Below the pieces are notes generated by a model. It worked only from the letters and a program-made list of their open reading frames with translations, made no database searches and was not told the origin of the DNA. A DNA stretch of 55,069 bases, taken from positions 1 through 55,069 of the forward strand of contig CAIRYL010000168.1 in the NCBI GenBank assembly GCA_903882825.1, read 5' to 3'. How positions within the stretch are numbered: position 1 is the first letter of the stretch; each line of letters begins with the position of its first letter. Source of the DNA: an uncultured Candidatus Peregrinibacteria bacterium. Its GTDB lineage: Bacteria > Patescibacteriota > Gracilibacteria > CAIRYL01. This document shows positions 1 through 9,803 of this stretch, piece after piece. The translations under genes and the position numbers were made by a program.

Positions 1-1231
1 AGATTTCAAACGCTTTATCCATCTGAGGGTCTTTGTCTTTTTCAAAATCTTCCAGTGTTTTTTTTACTTCTGTATCAGGTATAATTTTTTTCTCTGTGAT
101 ATTCACACCATTAGGAGTAAACCACTTGGCAATAGTCATTTTTATTTTTTCTCCATTTTTCCCAACTGGAAAAAACTTTTGTACACTTCCTTTCCCAAAA
201 CTTTTTTCTCCAACAATGGTGGCTCTTTTATGATCTTGAAGCGCACCAGCAAAAATTTCTGCAGAAGAAGCCGTTCCTCCATTTATTAAAATAACAACAG
301 GAAGGTCTGTCATTTTTTTATTCGTGGTTAAATGCACTTCTGTTTGTTTTATTTCGCTTTTGGAATTTCGATATTCCACCGACACGACTTTTTCTTGATG
401 AGGAAGAAATAATGATGCCATTTCAACCGCTTCATCGAGGTATCCTCCCGTATTATACCGAAGATCAATAATAATTCCTTTTGGTTCTTTTAAAATTGCT
501 TCTCGTAAATATTTTTGAAAAAGGTCAGTGGTGTCCGCTGCAAATTGTGAAATAGTGAGGAGCGCCACTCCATTTTTTATTTCAGATTCTACACTTTCAA
601 TGTGGATAGAATCTCTTAAAATATTCATTTCTATAGGACCTTCTCTCCCTTCTCGATATACCGAAAGTTTTACATTGGTCCCCTTTTTCCCTCTAATTTT
701 GGTCACTACTTCCACGAGGGAAAGTTTTTCAACCGATTCTCCATCTACAGCAGAAATCATATCTCTGGGCATAAGACCATTTCGAGCCGCAGGAGTATCT
801 CGTAAAATTTCTTCCACCTCCACCACTCCATCTTTTTTACGAAGAGATGCCCCAATCCCTTCTAAATCACCATTCAAATCTTTAGAAAAATCTTCTGCCT
901 CCTCTGCTGTGAAAAAATCGGTATAAGGATCTCCAACGCTTAAAATAAGACCACGAGCAAGATATTCTGAAATTTTTTGGGAATTAATTTTTTCAGGGTC
1001 AACAAATTCTTTTTTCAGGAGAGAGAGTGTATCTAAAAACGAAGAAGTGTCAATTTCAGCGGGGATTGAAGAAAAAGAAGGTGTGGAAATTGGCGAAGGA
1101 GAAGATGAAATCTCAAGCGATGGAGGAGAAATACTTGGAGGAGCAGATATGTTTGATGATACTGCAAACCCAATAAAAAACCCAAAAATGGGAAGTACAA
1201 AAAGTGATATTTTTTGAAAAGTCTCGGGCAT
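1..1231 (-). CDS. ctpA: S41 family carboxyl-terminal processing protease with PDZ domain (3' end runs off the window)
   Basis: Manual minus-strand translation from ATG at 1231: N-terminal TM, GDPYT, GIGA (PDZ), IIDLRYNTGG, TASSAEIFAGALQD and GEKSFGKGSVQ motifs. No stop before position 1, so it is absent from the ORF track. Confidence 0.93.
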   Translation of the reverse strand, partial: MPETFQKISLFVLPIFGFFIGFAVSSNISAPPSISPPSLEISSSPSPISTPSFSSIPAEIDTSSFLDTLSLLKKEFVDPEKINSQKISEYLARGLILSVGDPYTDFFTAEEAEDFSKDLNGDLEGIGASLRKKDGVVEVEEILRDTPAARNGLMPRDMISAVDGESVEKLSLVEVVTKIRGKKGTNVKLSVYREGREGPIEMNILRDSIHIESVESEIKNGVALLTISQFAADTTDLFQKYLREAILKEPKGIIIDLRYNTGGYLDEAVEMASLFLPHQEKVVSVEYRNSKSEIKQTEVHLTTNKKMTDLPVVILINGGTASSAEIFAGALQDHKRATIVGEKSFGKGSVQKFFPVGKNGEKIKMTIAKWFTPNGVNITEKKIIPDTEVKKTLEDFEKDKDPQMDKAFEI

Positions 1232-1292
1232 AACACACAAAAAGTATATCTATTGTGTGGAATAGAAATAAAAAAGTCAAAAAAAGAGAATT

Positions 1293-2081
1293 TTAAAAAA
1301 ATGAATAACTTTCTCCATTTTGTGTTTTTACCTCTTCAATCCCGAAATCTCCTAAATGAAATTTTGGATGACGATGGGGGAACGCCTTTTGTGAGAATCC
1401 AATATAAAAGGATGTTCCAGTAAATCCTCCAAGCACGACTTTCCCAAAATTTCCAGAAACGAAAATAATATCATTTTCTCTTCGGTCTATCATTTTTTCA
1501 TCATAATCTCTAAATTTTTGAAGTGTTTTTTCAATAACGGCTTGAAAATCAGGGGGACAAGTATGGTAATGCGATTGTCGAAAATATTTTTCGATACAAA
1601 AAAGTCTTTCGAGTTCGGCAATACGAGATTCTGAAATACCGTTTTCAGCAAGGGGATAGGTATTTATATCCCATTTTTCAACTATTTTTTTTGGAAGAAT
1701 CCCCGCAAAAATCCGTTTTAAAAATTGGAAGATCAGTTGTACATGTCCCCAAATACTGGAGGGAGTAAGTCCGCCTTTAGAAAGTTCATATACAAATGGC
1801 ATTTGATACCATTCTTCCCCCATGGCATGTAAAAATCCTACGGCACAGCCAACCAGCACAAAAATATTAAAAAAACGTAAAGATCCCCCTAATGACCAAA
1901 AAATAACAGCAAAAATAAAAAGTACAAATGCTTGTCGAGCATGAAAAACAATAAATGGACTTTCCCTTCTGGTAATGAGAAGTATAGGGGCGAAAATAAG
2001 CGTATATGCAAACGCGGCAATATCTTTATTATTGGTAGCATCAACCTTTTGTTCTGCAGATACTGGCTCATTTTCACTCAT
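1293..2081 (-). CDS. Membrane protein with N-terminal DUF4870-like 3-TM module (FHARQA motif) and a soluble C-terminal domain
   Basis: ORF 1293..2234; probable start MSENEP at 2081 avoids overlap with rpmG. IAAFAY...PFIVFHARQAFVLF...WYQMP pattern. Confidence 0.65.
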   Translation of the reverse strand: MSENEPVSAEQKVDATNNKDIAAFAYTLIFAPILLITRRESPFIVFHARQAFVLFIFAVIFWSLGGSLRFFNIFVLVGCAVGFLHAMGEEWYQMPFVYELSKGGLTPSSIWGHVQLIFQFLKRIFAGILPKKIVEKWDINTYPLAENGISESRIAELERLFCIEKYFRQSHYHTCPPDFQAVIEKTLQKFRDYDEKMIDRRENDIIFVSGNFGKVVLGGFTGTSFYIGFSQKAFPHRHPKFHLGDFGIEEVKTQNGESYSFF

Positions 2082-2191
2082 GAGAAAAGAAAAATTTCTT
2101 GTTATTATTACACTTTTTATAGTTTTTTTCAAGAAAAACTTGACCCTTCTTCTTTTTTCCGAAAAAATACATTGGATTTTTCTATATTTAT

Positions 2192-2377
2192 ATGCCAAGA
2201 GGGAAGAAAAAAAAGGCAGTAGTAGCCCGATCAAAAGACGGGAAAAATATTGTAGCGCACCTCTACATTAATAATTTCCGTCAAAATACTGACAAAATTA
2301 AAGCTCTTCGAAAATACGATCCAAAAACTCGTCAACACGTAGATATCATCATAAAAGACGAGAAACATTCTTCGTAG
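2192..2377 (+). CDS. rpmG: 50S ribosomal protein L33 (Cys-free form)
   Basis: 61 aa, basic, LRKYDPKTRQHV motif. Confidence 0.88.
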   Translation: MPRGKKKKAVVARSKDGKNIVAHLYINNFRQNTDKIKALRKYDPKTRQHVDIIIKDEKHSS

Positions 2378-2388
2378 ATTCATTCTTC

Positions 2389-3318
2389 ATGATTCTCTCT
2401 ATTCTTCTTACAGTCTTTGGACTTTGTCTTTTTGAAATTATTTCTAGTATTGATAACGCCATTATTAATGCAGAAGTGCTTTCTACTATGGGGCAAAAAG
2501 CGAGAAGATTTTTTTTAGTATGGGGAATTCTTATTGCTGTATTTTTGGTTCGAGGGCTTCTCCCATGGCTTATTGTTTGGGTAGTAAATCCTTCTTTAGG
2601 ATTTTTGGGATCACTCACCGCTACCTTTAGTGGAGACATCGCCGCACACGAATCTATTGAAAAATCTGCTCCTATTTTGCTTTGTGGAGGAGGAATTTTT
2701 TTAGTATTTCTTTTTTTTCATTGGCTTTTTTTAGAAGAAAAACACTATGGGCTCCCTCATGAAAAATTTTTCATGAAACATGGAGTTTGGTTTTTTGCAG
2801 TCGTATCTATTATTCTCACGAGTGTTATTTGGATTACCATTCATACGAATCCTATTATTGCTTTTGGTGCAGCAATAGGATCAAGCGCTTTTTTTATTAC
2901 CCATGGATTTAAACAAAATGCAGAAGAAAAAGAGAAGGAATTAAAGGATTCCAAACTTTCAGATATGAGTAAAATTTTTTATCTTGAAATTATTGATACC
3001 ACTTTTTCTATTGATGGGGTTATTGGAGCATTTGCATTTACCCTTTCTGTGCCACTTATTCTTCTAGGAAATGGTATTGGGGCAATAGTGGTACGACAAA
3101 TAACCATTGGGAATATTGACCGAATTAAAAAATATATCTATCTGAAAAACGGAGCAATGTATTCCATATTTTTCCTCGGATCATTTATGCTTTTTGAAAG
3201 TCTTGGAGGACATATCCCGAAATGGGCATCTCCTGTAATTACCGTGGTATGTGTGTTATTTTTCTTTTTAAAATCAAAAAAAGCACTCGAAGCAACTGAA
3301 AAATCATGTATGAGTTGA
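2389..3318 (+). CDS. DUF475 / TerC-superfamily integral membrane protein
   Basis: EIISSIDNAIINA and LEIIDTTFSIDGVIGAFA motifs; YLKNGAMYSI; multiple TM segments. Confidence 0.88.
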   Translation: MILSILLTVFGLCLFEIISSIDNAIINAEVLSTMGQKARRFFLVWGILIAVFLVRGLLPWLIVWVVNPSLGFLGSLTATFSGDIAAHESIEKSAPILLCGGGIFLVFLFFHWLFLEEKHYGLPHEKFFMKHGVWFFAVVSIILTSVIWITIHTNPIIAFGAAIGSSAFFITHGFKQNAEEKEKELKDSKLSDMSKIFYLEIIDTTFSIDGVIGAFAFTLSVPLILLGNGIGAIVVRQITIGNIDRIKKYIYLKNGAMYSIFFLGSFMLFESLGGHIPKWASPVITVVCVLFFFLKSKKALEATEKSCMS

Positions 3319-3948
3319 TTCCAGAACTCTTTTCTGTAATTCTTCAAACGCTTCGCAGGGGGAATGAGGAATTTTTCGCGCAGTAAGAACGTTTCGTCCA
3401 TATACAATAATTCGTAAATGAAGAGGAAGCCATTCAGATTCTGGAAAAAGTTTTTGAAGATCTTCTTCTATTTTTGAAGGATCGCTATGAGAGGTAAACC
3501 CAAAGGCGCGTGTTACTCGTGCTACATGGGTATCTACTGGGAAAGCCGGTTCATAACCTTTTTGAACCGTATATACTCCAGACGTTTTATTTCCTACTCC
3601 TGGAAGTGTTATCAGCTCTTTCCTGGTTTTTGGAACATTTCCTTCAAATTTTTCACATAATAATTTTGCCATTTCAAAAATATGTTTTGCCTTTGTGGGT
3701 CCATAATTTACAGATTTGATGTATTCGTAAAGCCCTTCTTTTCCCATTTTTACGGCATCTTCCGGATTTTTTATAAAACGAAAAAGTGATTTTGTAGCTT
3801 TATTCACTCCAATATCTGTCATTTGAGCAGAAAGAACAATAGAACACAGAAATTGAAAATCAGTTTCTCCTTCTAAAAAACGGTCTACCGTAGGATACAA
3901 CGTACGCAATGCACGAGAAAAAAATTTTGGAGTGTATTTTTTAATCAT
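3304..3948 (-). CDS. nth: Endonuclease III (HhH-GPD glycosylase/AP lyase), Fe-S cluster cysteines largely missing
   Basis: LSAQMTD, HhH LPGVGNKT, FPVDTHVAR. Confidence 0.9.
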   Translation of the reverse strand: MIKKYTPKFFSRALRTLYPTVDRFLEGETDFQFLCSIVLSAQMTDIGVNKATKSLFRFIKNPEDAVKMGKEGLYEYIKSVNYGPTKAKHIFEMAKLLCEKFEGNVPKTRKELITLPGVGNKTSGVYTVQKGYEPAFPVDTHVARVTRAFGFTSHSDPSKIEEDLQKLFPESEWLPLHLRIIVYGRNVLTARKIPHSPCEAFEELQKRVLESTHT

Positions 3949-4015
3949 TTTCAGAAGATGACAAAGTGTTTCCCATTCTTTATACTACCGAATGTATGAT
4001 TTTCTTTTCAATGTT

Positions 4016-4945
4016 ATGAACCACTTTCTGGATATCACCGATTTGGAACCAGCAGAACTTTTACATCTTTTAAAAAGAGCAGAAGTTTTTCGAAAAAAAA
4101 GAAAATCTGAAGAACTGTATAACCCCATTTTACAGGGGAAAAATATGGCAATGTTTTTTGAAAAGCCATCTTTACGCACAAAAGTGAGCTTTGAATGTGC
4201 TGTAAATATGCTCGGGGGAAACGCTATTTTTATTGATGGAAGAGAAGTTTCGGGAACTCGAGAAACACTTTCGGATATTACCCATAATTTAGAGCGTTTT
4301 TGTGATGGAATTTTTGCTCGCGTTTTTTTGCATTCCGATTTAGAAAAAATGAAATCAATTTCTCGTGTTCCTATTATAAATGCGCTTTCGGATAGCGCAC
4401 ATCCAATGCAAGCACTCGCAGATTTGCAAACCATGTATTGGCATTTTGGAGAAGATTTTCGATCGCAAAAAGTCGCATTTATAGGAGATGGATGTAATGT
4501 TTCTACCAGTTTAGCAGAAGGATGTGCACTCCTGGGAATGCATTTTACCATTGCGACTCCTCCTGGATACGAAATTCCTCAAAAACAGTGGCATACCATT
4601 GTAGAAATTGCGGAAAAAAATGGAGGAAGTGTTTCAAAAACCTCTATCCCACAGGAAGCAATTGCCGAAGCGAATGTGGTGGTTACTGATACATGGGTTT
4701 CTATGGGACTGGAAGCAGAACGAACGCAAAGGCTTTTAGATTTTTCAGGATTTACCGTTACAAAAGAGCTTTTTTCTCAAGCCCATACCAATGCTATTTT
4801 TTTACATTGTTTGCCTGCATACCGAGAAATAGAAGTATCAAGCGATGTTATAGACAGCACCGCATCAAAAGTATTTGAAGAGGCAGAATGCCGAATGTAC
4901 ACCGCAACGGCGGTTTTAGAATATTTTTTTAATAATAAAAATTAA
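4016..4945 (+). CDS. argF: Ornithine carbamoyltransferase
   Basis: FEKPSLRT, HPMQALAD, DTWVSMG, HCLP motifs; start MNHFLD at 4016 chosen within ORF 3992..4945. Confidence 0.92.
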   Translation: MNHFLDITDLEPAELLHLLKRAEVFRKKRKSEELYNPILQGKNMAMFFEKPSLRTKVSFECAVNMLGGNAIFIDGREVSGTRETLSDITHNLERFCDGIFARVFLHSDLEKMKSISRVPIINALSDSAHPMQALADLQTMYWHFGEDFRSQKVAFIGDGCNVSTSLAEGCALLGMHFTIATPPGYEIPQKQWHTIVEIAEKNGGSVSKTSIPQEAIAEANVVVTDTWVSMGLEAERTQRLLDFSGFTVTKELFSQAHTNAIFLHCLPAYREIEVSSDVIDSTASKVFEEAECRMYTATAVLEYFFNNKN

Positions 4946-5011
4946 GAAAAAATGGGATTTTTATAAAATTTCAGGAATAATAGAGAACGAAATAATTTTT
5001 CACATTTCTGT

Positions 5012-5416
5012 ATGTCGGATAGTTCCAACCCTTCGGTAACCTCTTCTTCCGGAAATCCTGCAGTGGTGATTCCAGACGAAACACAAAAAAAATTCCCAGA
5101 CTTGGTAGTTCTTATTTTGGAAAGCCAATCAATGAATGACCAAGAACGGAATTATTGGCTTCAAGTTCTTCCCGTGATGACAGAAGACCAAGTAAAAGAA
5201 TTACGAGATATTTTAGAAACAGAAAAACGAAAATTAGCAGAAATTGATAAAAAATATGCAACACCTGCTGGCGCTACACCACAAATTTCGGCAGAAGAAT
5301 TAGCGCGTATAGAAATAGAAAAACGAAAAAAAGCAGAAGAACTCCGAAAGGCAGAAGAAAATGCTCGAGCAGAAGAAAATCCTGAATCTATATTGGCATC
5401 ACTGAATGATTTATAA
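5012..5416 (+). CDS. Hypothetical helical/coiled-coil protein
   Basis: 134-aa ORF with protein-like composition (LILESQSM...ERNYWLQVLPVM) and a charged C-terminal coil. Confidence 0.75.
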   Translation: MSDSSNPSVTSSSGNPAVVIPDETQKKFPDLVVLILESQSMNDQERNYWLQVLPVMTEDQVKELRDILETEKRKLAEIDKKYATPAGATPQISAEELARIEIEKRKKAEELRKAEENARAEENPESILASLNDL

Positions 5417-5424
5417 AAAATATT

Positions 5425-5688
5425 ATGTCTTCTCAGCCTCAAAACCCTCTTTACCAAGTAAAACTTCAAAAAATTCTAGAAGATTTAGTCCAACAATATG
5501 GATGGGAAAACCTTGCTCAACAAGTAAAAATCAGGTGTTTTATATATAATCCCAGTATTTGTTCTAGTCTTCAATTTTTAAGAAAAACGAAATGGGCACG
5601 AGAAAAAGTAGAAAATATATGGATACAAAATAAAAATTTTAAAATGAGGCAGTCTGTGGATAACAAAGAAGTTTTATCTGCTCCGTAA
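5425..5688 (+). CDS. DUF2132 / VF530-like small DNA-binding protein
   Basis: NPLxxVKLxxIL..LV..YGWE.L...IRCF..NPSI.SSL.FLRKT.WAREKVE pattern. Confidence 0.88.
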   Translation: MSSQPQNPLYQVKLQKILEDLVQQYGWENLAQQVKIRCFIYNPSICSSLQFLRKTKWAREKVENIWIQNKNFKMRQSVDNKEVLSAP

Positions 5689-5714
5689 AAAAATGCCTTT
5701 TTCTCCATCATTTT

Positions 5715-7064
5715 TTAAACGATTTCTTCACCCATCACGCTCCAAACGTCCGATCCTGTAATTTTTACAGGAATAATTTTCCCAACACAGGAAGTAGGGA
5801 TTTTTTGGAATGTGGAGGAATGAAGAGAAAATACACATGTTCTGCCCGTATGTGTTTTTCCTTTCGCCATTCCGTTTTCTACTTCTTCTACTAAAACCGC
5901 TTCTATATCACCAATAATACGCTTATTTTCATTTTGAGAAGTTTCTTTGAGTTTTTCATTTAAAACATCGTATCGTCGTTTTTTTTCTGGCAATAAAACA
6001 TCATCTTTTAGTTTTGATTCGGCAAAAGTTCCTTTCCGAGATGAATATTTAGAAATATACGCCACTAAAAATTGTTCTTCTTCAAATAATTTTATGGTTT
6101 TTTGGAAATCCTCTTCGGTTTCTCCACAAAATCCTACAATAATATCGGTGGTAATGGTTATTTCTGGCATGAGCTCTCGTGCTTTTGTGGTTATTTTTTT
6201 AAAAGTATCAATGCGATGTTCCCGTCCCATCGTTCGTAAAATTCGAGAAGATCCACTTTGAACCGGTAAATGAAGAGTACGAGCAATGTTTTTATATTTT
6301 GCCATGACTTCTAAAACATCATCTCCCATGTGTCGGGGATGTGGAGATGTAAACTTTAAGCGCTGTAATCCAGGAATTTGTGCTACTTTTTCTAATAATG
6401 TTGCAAAATCTGTTTGACGTTGCAGTGGAACACGCACCGAATCATCTACAAAATAAGCGTTTACGTTTTGTCCCACCAGAGTAATTTCTACAACACCTTC
6501 CAAAACATGACGTTCACATTCGGCTAAAATATCTTCAAATGGACGTGAACGTTCACGTCCACGCGTAAAAGGAACAATGCAATAGGTACAAAACTTGTCA
6601 CATCCTGTCATAATGGGTACAAACGCACGATATTTTTCTGTACGTTTTGGCGTAATATTCAAGTAATCAAGCTCATCTATGGGAAGTTCTGGTTGAGTAA
6701 GCGTGGGATCAAAACTTTTTAAAAGTTCTGGTAATTTCAGAATATCTTCAATTCGGAATACGAGATCTATTTTTTTATATTTTTTCAGGAGAGGATCTTT
6801 TATTTCAGACGATTGGAGAGAAGAATTTTTGACCATACATCCAGTAAGCCCCACTATTTTTCCCATTTTTTTTGCATTATGCACAAATCCATGTACCCGA
6901 TCTTCGGCATGTTGTTTAATAGAACACGTGTTTAATAACACTACATCTGTATTTTCTACCATTTCTGTTTTTTCCATGCCAATACTTTCTAAAATGGTTT
7001 CAATACGTTCGGAATCGGAGGAATTCATGGCACACCCAAATGTTTTTAAAAAATAACGACGCAT
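5715..7064 (-). CDS. miaB: tRNA-i6A37 methylthiotransferase MiaB (radical SAM)
   Basis: TFGCAMN, NTCSI, CDKFCTYC, HLPVQSGS, DIIVGF; C-terminal TRAM-like region. Confidence 0.92.
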   Translation of the reverse strand: MRRYFLKTFGCAMNSSDSERIETILESIGMEKTEMVENTDVVLLNTCSIKQHAEDRVHGFVHNAKKMGKIVGLTGCMVKNSSLQSSEIKDPLLKKYKKIDLVFRIEDILKLPELLKSFDPTLTQPELPIDELDYLNITPKRTEKYRAFVPIMTGCDKFCTYCIVPFTRGRERSRPFEDILAECERHVLEGVVEITLVGQNVNAYFVDDSVRVPLQRQTDFATLLEKVAQIPGLQRLKFTSPHPRHMGDDVLEVMAKYKNIARTLHLPVQSGSSRILRTMGREHRIDTFKKITTKARELMPEITITTDIIVGFCGETEEDFQKTIKLFEEEQFLVAYISKYSSRKGTFAESKLKDDVLLPEKKRRYDVLNEKLKETSQNENKRIIGDIEAVLVEEVENGMAKGKTHTGRTCVFSLHSSTFQKIPTSCVGKIIPVKITGSDVWSVMGEEIV

Positions 7065-7127
7065 AAGAAAAAAAGATACAAGGCAAAAAATAGGGTACCC
7101 AAAAAATACACAACGGGCAAAAAAATA

Positions 7128-7156
7128 TTGACAAATAATAATAAAATAAGTAAAGT
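7128..7156 (+). promoter_or_regulatory. sigma70-type promoter
   Basis: TTGACA-17 nt-TAAAGT, 21 nt upstream of ATG 7178. Confidence 0.6.
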
Positions 7157-7177
7157 TGCTTCCTTTTTTTTAAAAAA

Positions 7178-8065
7178 ATGAATGCAACAGAAGAAGCAAA
7201 AGCAAATGAACCAATCTCTCAATTACAACAGGAAGTTCATATAATAGGGAGTATGTTCGGAAACGGTATCTCTGGACTTGGGAGTAAGAAAACTGAGCAT
7301 CAAATAAAGGGATTAGAAAATTTTTTATCCATCTGTGGGATAGTAAACGGTGGATTTCCAGCAGCCCTCGTATTAGCAGAGAATGGTAGTAATCCCAGGG
7401 CACCTCACTTACAAAAAACACAAAAATTTCACCTCGCAATACAGCAAGTATTGGGTGAAATATTAGGTAATGATATTAATCAGAAGTTAATAGAAACTGC
7501 ACAGGAACATCTTACAAAGCTTCAAGGCCCCGATCAGTCCGAGCGACAATCGGAGACTCTAGCTGCTTTACAACAGGAAATAATGTCCAAAATTTTAAAA
7601 GTATGGAGGCCAAATGACGTATTATTAGAAGCAAAATTTTTAAAAAAAGTAGAAGACAAAGCAGAAGAAATAAGAAGAAAAGAGTTTGAAACCCTTGCTC
7701 ATACAGTGCGAAGTAAAATAATTGGATATGATTCGATGGCTAATAGGCAAGAAGAAGCCGGTAAAGAGAAGATTTTCGTACACTTACGAAATTTTTTGGA
7801 TACAAATCAAACTTTAAATGTAGAAGGACAATGTGAGAATTCGCCTTGGGTATTAAACGAAGGTTTTTGCCCAGAAATACTTGAGTATTTACACAAAATT
7901 CGCACGAAATACGGGCATCTTTTCACCATTGTTTCAAAACCTGCAGAACAACTCACAGAAGAAAATTTTATAGCAATAGCAACAGAAGGAAAAAAGTTTT
8001 TAGAGGAAATAAATAGTGATTGGAAAATAATAAATGAAGAAGCACCAAGACAAGAAAAAATTTAA
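7178..8065 (+). CDS. Hypothetical protein (295 aa)
   Basis: Long ORF with upstream promoter; no recognised motif. Confidence 0.75.
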   Translation: MNATEEAKANEPISQLQQEVHIIGSMFGNGISGLGSKKTEHQIKGLENFLSICGIVNGGFPAALVLAENGSNPRAPHLQKTQKFHLAIQQVLGEILGNDINQKLIETAQEHLTKLQGPDQSERQSETLAALQQEIMSKILKVWRPNDVLLEAKFLKKVEDKAEEIRRKEFETLAHTVRSKIIGYDSMANRQEEAGKEKIFVHLRNFLDTNQTLNVEGQCENSPWVLNEGFCPEILEYLHKIRTKYGHLFTIVSKPAEQLTEENFIAIATEGKKFLEEINSDWKIINEEAPRQEKI

Positions 8066-8129
8066 AATGCCCTAAAAAATGAAGTTAAGGATATCCACAA
8101 AAGCGCCATACTTCTTTTACCGATAAAAT

Positions 8130-8567
8130 ATGCAGGAATTCCCGCAATCCATCGCAAAAGAACAAGCCACTACAGAAAGAAGAATGGTCTCGTGGGATTT
8201 AGTGGATGCTTTTTCCGATATTTTAGATTTATCAACAACCGACGCAGATACCAAAAGAAAAGAAGCGATACACAGTACACGTAAAAAAATAAATGCGCTG
8301 TTTCCTTTTTTTCTATCACAGAATCCTGAAACAACGTTTCTTTCTTATTTTCATCCCGTAATAGAAAAACATTTTTATAAAATTCTTCTTAAAAATACTA
8401 AGCTTTTCCGTTTTATTTACGAAGATAATTTTTCTCAACCAAGAATACAAGAGCTTCAAGCCGTCATTCAAAATTTTTTAGAAGAATGGGACGATCCTAA
8501 CCTTTTTATACAAATGGAAAGAGAAATACGTGCAAGTCTTACTCAAATCGTACTAAAGCCTCAGTAA
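8130..8567 (+). CDS. Hypothetical protein (145 aa)
   Basis: ORF filling the gap before the convergent purC; no motif. Confidence 0.6.
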   Translation: MQEFPQSIAKEQATTERRMVSWDLVDAFSDILDLSTTDADTKRKEAIHSTRKKINALFPFFLSQNPETTFLSYFHPVIEKHFYKILLKNTKLFRFIYEDNFSQPRIQELQAVIQNFLEEWDDPNLFIQMEREIRASLTQIVLKPQ

Positions 8568-9510
8568 TACTTTCTTCAGGATGAAGAGAAAGATGTGGAA
8601 CAAATGGTGTTCCGGTAATTTTCTCAAACGCTTCAATATACGCCTGTGCAACGTCAATAATTAAATCTTCAGGGGCTGTGGGAAGTTCTCCTTCGGCGTA
8701 TGGGTCACAGTGTGTGCTATACCATCGTCTTAATACATCTTTATCAAAACTTTTTGGTTCTTCCCCTTTTGTAAAACGCTCTTCGTAGGTTTCCATGTCC
8801 CAAAATCGTGATGAATCAGGAGTATGAACTTCATCTATCAGAATAATTTCCCCATCTTCTGTTTTCCCAAATTCGTATTTCGTATCTACCAACAACAGTC
8901 CATTTTTTTCACAAATTTCTTGTCCTCGTGCAAAAATTTCAGATGTTTTCTTCGAAATAAATTCCCATTCATCTGGCGTCATATAGCCTCTTGCTAAAAT
9001 ATCTTCTGGAGCAATATTTTCATCGTGTCCGGTTTCTGGCTTGGTAGTAGGCGTTATAATCGGTTTTATAAATTTTTGGTTTTTTTGAAGCCCTTCTGGA
9101 AGAATATTTCCACAAAAATTTCGGACTCCTTTTTGATAATTTACCCATGCAGAAGTATTGGTAGAACCAGTAATATACCCACGAATCACCATTTCTATGG
9201 GAAAAACTGTTGCCTTTTGTGCCACTAAAACATTTGGGTGTGGAACGAATTGCAGATGATTTTTAATAATATCTTTTGTGTGTAAAAACCAAAATTGAGC
9301 CGTTCTATTTAACACTTGCCCTTTAAAAGGAATCGATGCCAATACCCTATCAAAAGCACTTTGCCTATCGGTAGTAATAATAATACGTTTCCCGTTTATT
9401 TCGTATGTGTCTCGCACTTTTCCCGTATGCAATTTTTTCCCCAATGGAATATTGGTTTCGGTAAGTGTATGTGCAATATATTCAGCAATGAGGTCTCGTG
9501 AAATAGACAT
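8539..9510 (-). CDS. purC: SAICAR synthase
   Basis: GKVRD, TDRQSAFD, KGQVLN, DTKYEFG, DEVHTPDSSRFW, DKDVLR. Confidence 0.95.
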   Translation of the reverse strand: MSISRDLIAEYIAHTLTETNIPLGKKLHTGKVRDTYEINGKRIIITTDRQSAFDRVLASIPFKGQVLNRTAQFWFLHTKDIIKNHLQFVPHPNVLVAQKATVFPIEMVIRGYITGSTNTSAWVNYQKGVRNFCGNILPEGLQKNQKFIKPIITPTTKPETGHDENIAPEDILARGYMTPDEWEFISKKTSEIFARGQEICEKNGLLLVDTKYEFGKTEDGEIILIDEVHTPDSSRFWDMETYEERFTKGEEPKSFDKDVLRRWYSTHCDPYAEGELPTAPEDLIIDVAQAYIEAFEKITGTPFVPHLSLHPEESITEALVRFE

Positions 9511-9612
9511 AAAAAAATAAAAAAAAATCCTCTACAGAATAAAGGATGAAAAAGAAAACATGCAAATTGAATTTTCAAAGAATCTTTTGAAAATACTCTC
9601 TCTTATAAAAAC

Positions 9613-9803
9613 TGGTGGGCAGAGAGGGATTTGAAACTCAGAAAGGCGAAATAGGCGGATTTAAAAGTCCGGGGTCCCCATTTGGCCACTCTGATGTGGA
9701 AAAGAACTGGTGGGCAGAGAGGGATTTGAAACTCAGAAAGGCGAAATAGGCGGATTTAAAAGTCCGGGGTCCCCATTTGGCCACTCTGATGTGGAAAAAA
9801 AAC
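9613..9803 (-). repeat. Two tandem ~95-bp degenerate copies of tRNA-Tyr (tRNA-derived hairpin repeats)
   Basis: Units start at 9613 and 9708 and differ only in the A-rich spacer. They align to the adjacent tRNA-Tyr and keep its 3' AATCCCTCTCTGCCCACCA, but lose the 5' acceptor strand and T-arm. Confidence 0.92.

Noticed and set aside
5655..5663. DnaA box TGTGGATAA / possible oriC
   Set aside because: A single box inside a CDS; no cluster and no dnaA nearby.
9613..9803. CRISPR array (GGGATTTGAAAC resembles a CRISPR repeat end)
   Set aside because: The intervening sequences are identical rather than unique spacers, the unit aligns to tRNA-Tyr, and no cas genes are present.
9613..9803. Functional ochre or frameshift suppressor tRNAs (loop CTTTTAAA)
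   Set aside because: The acceptor stem and T-arm cannot form, so a canonical aminoacylatable cloverleaf is not supported.
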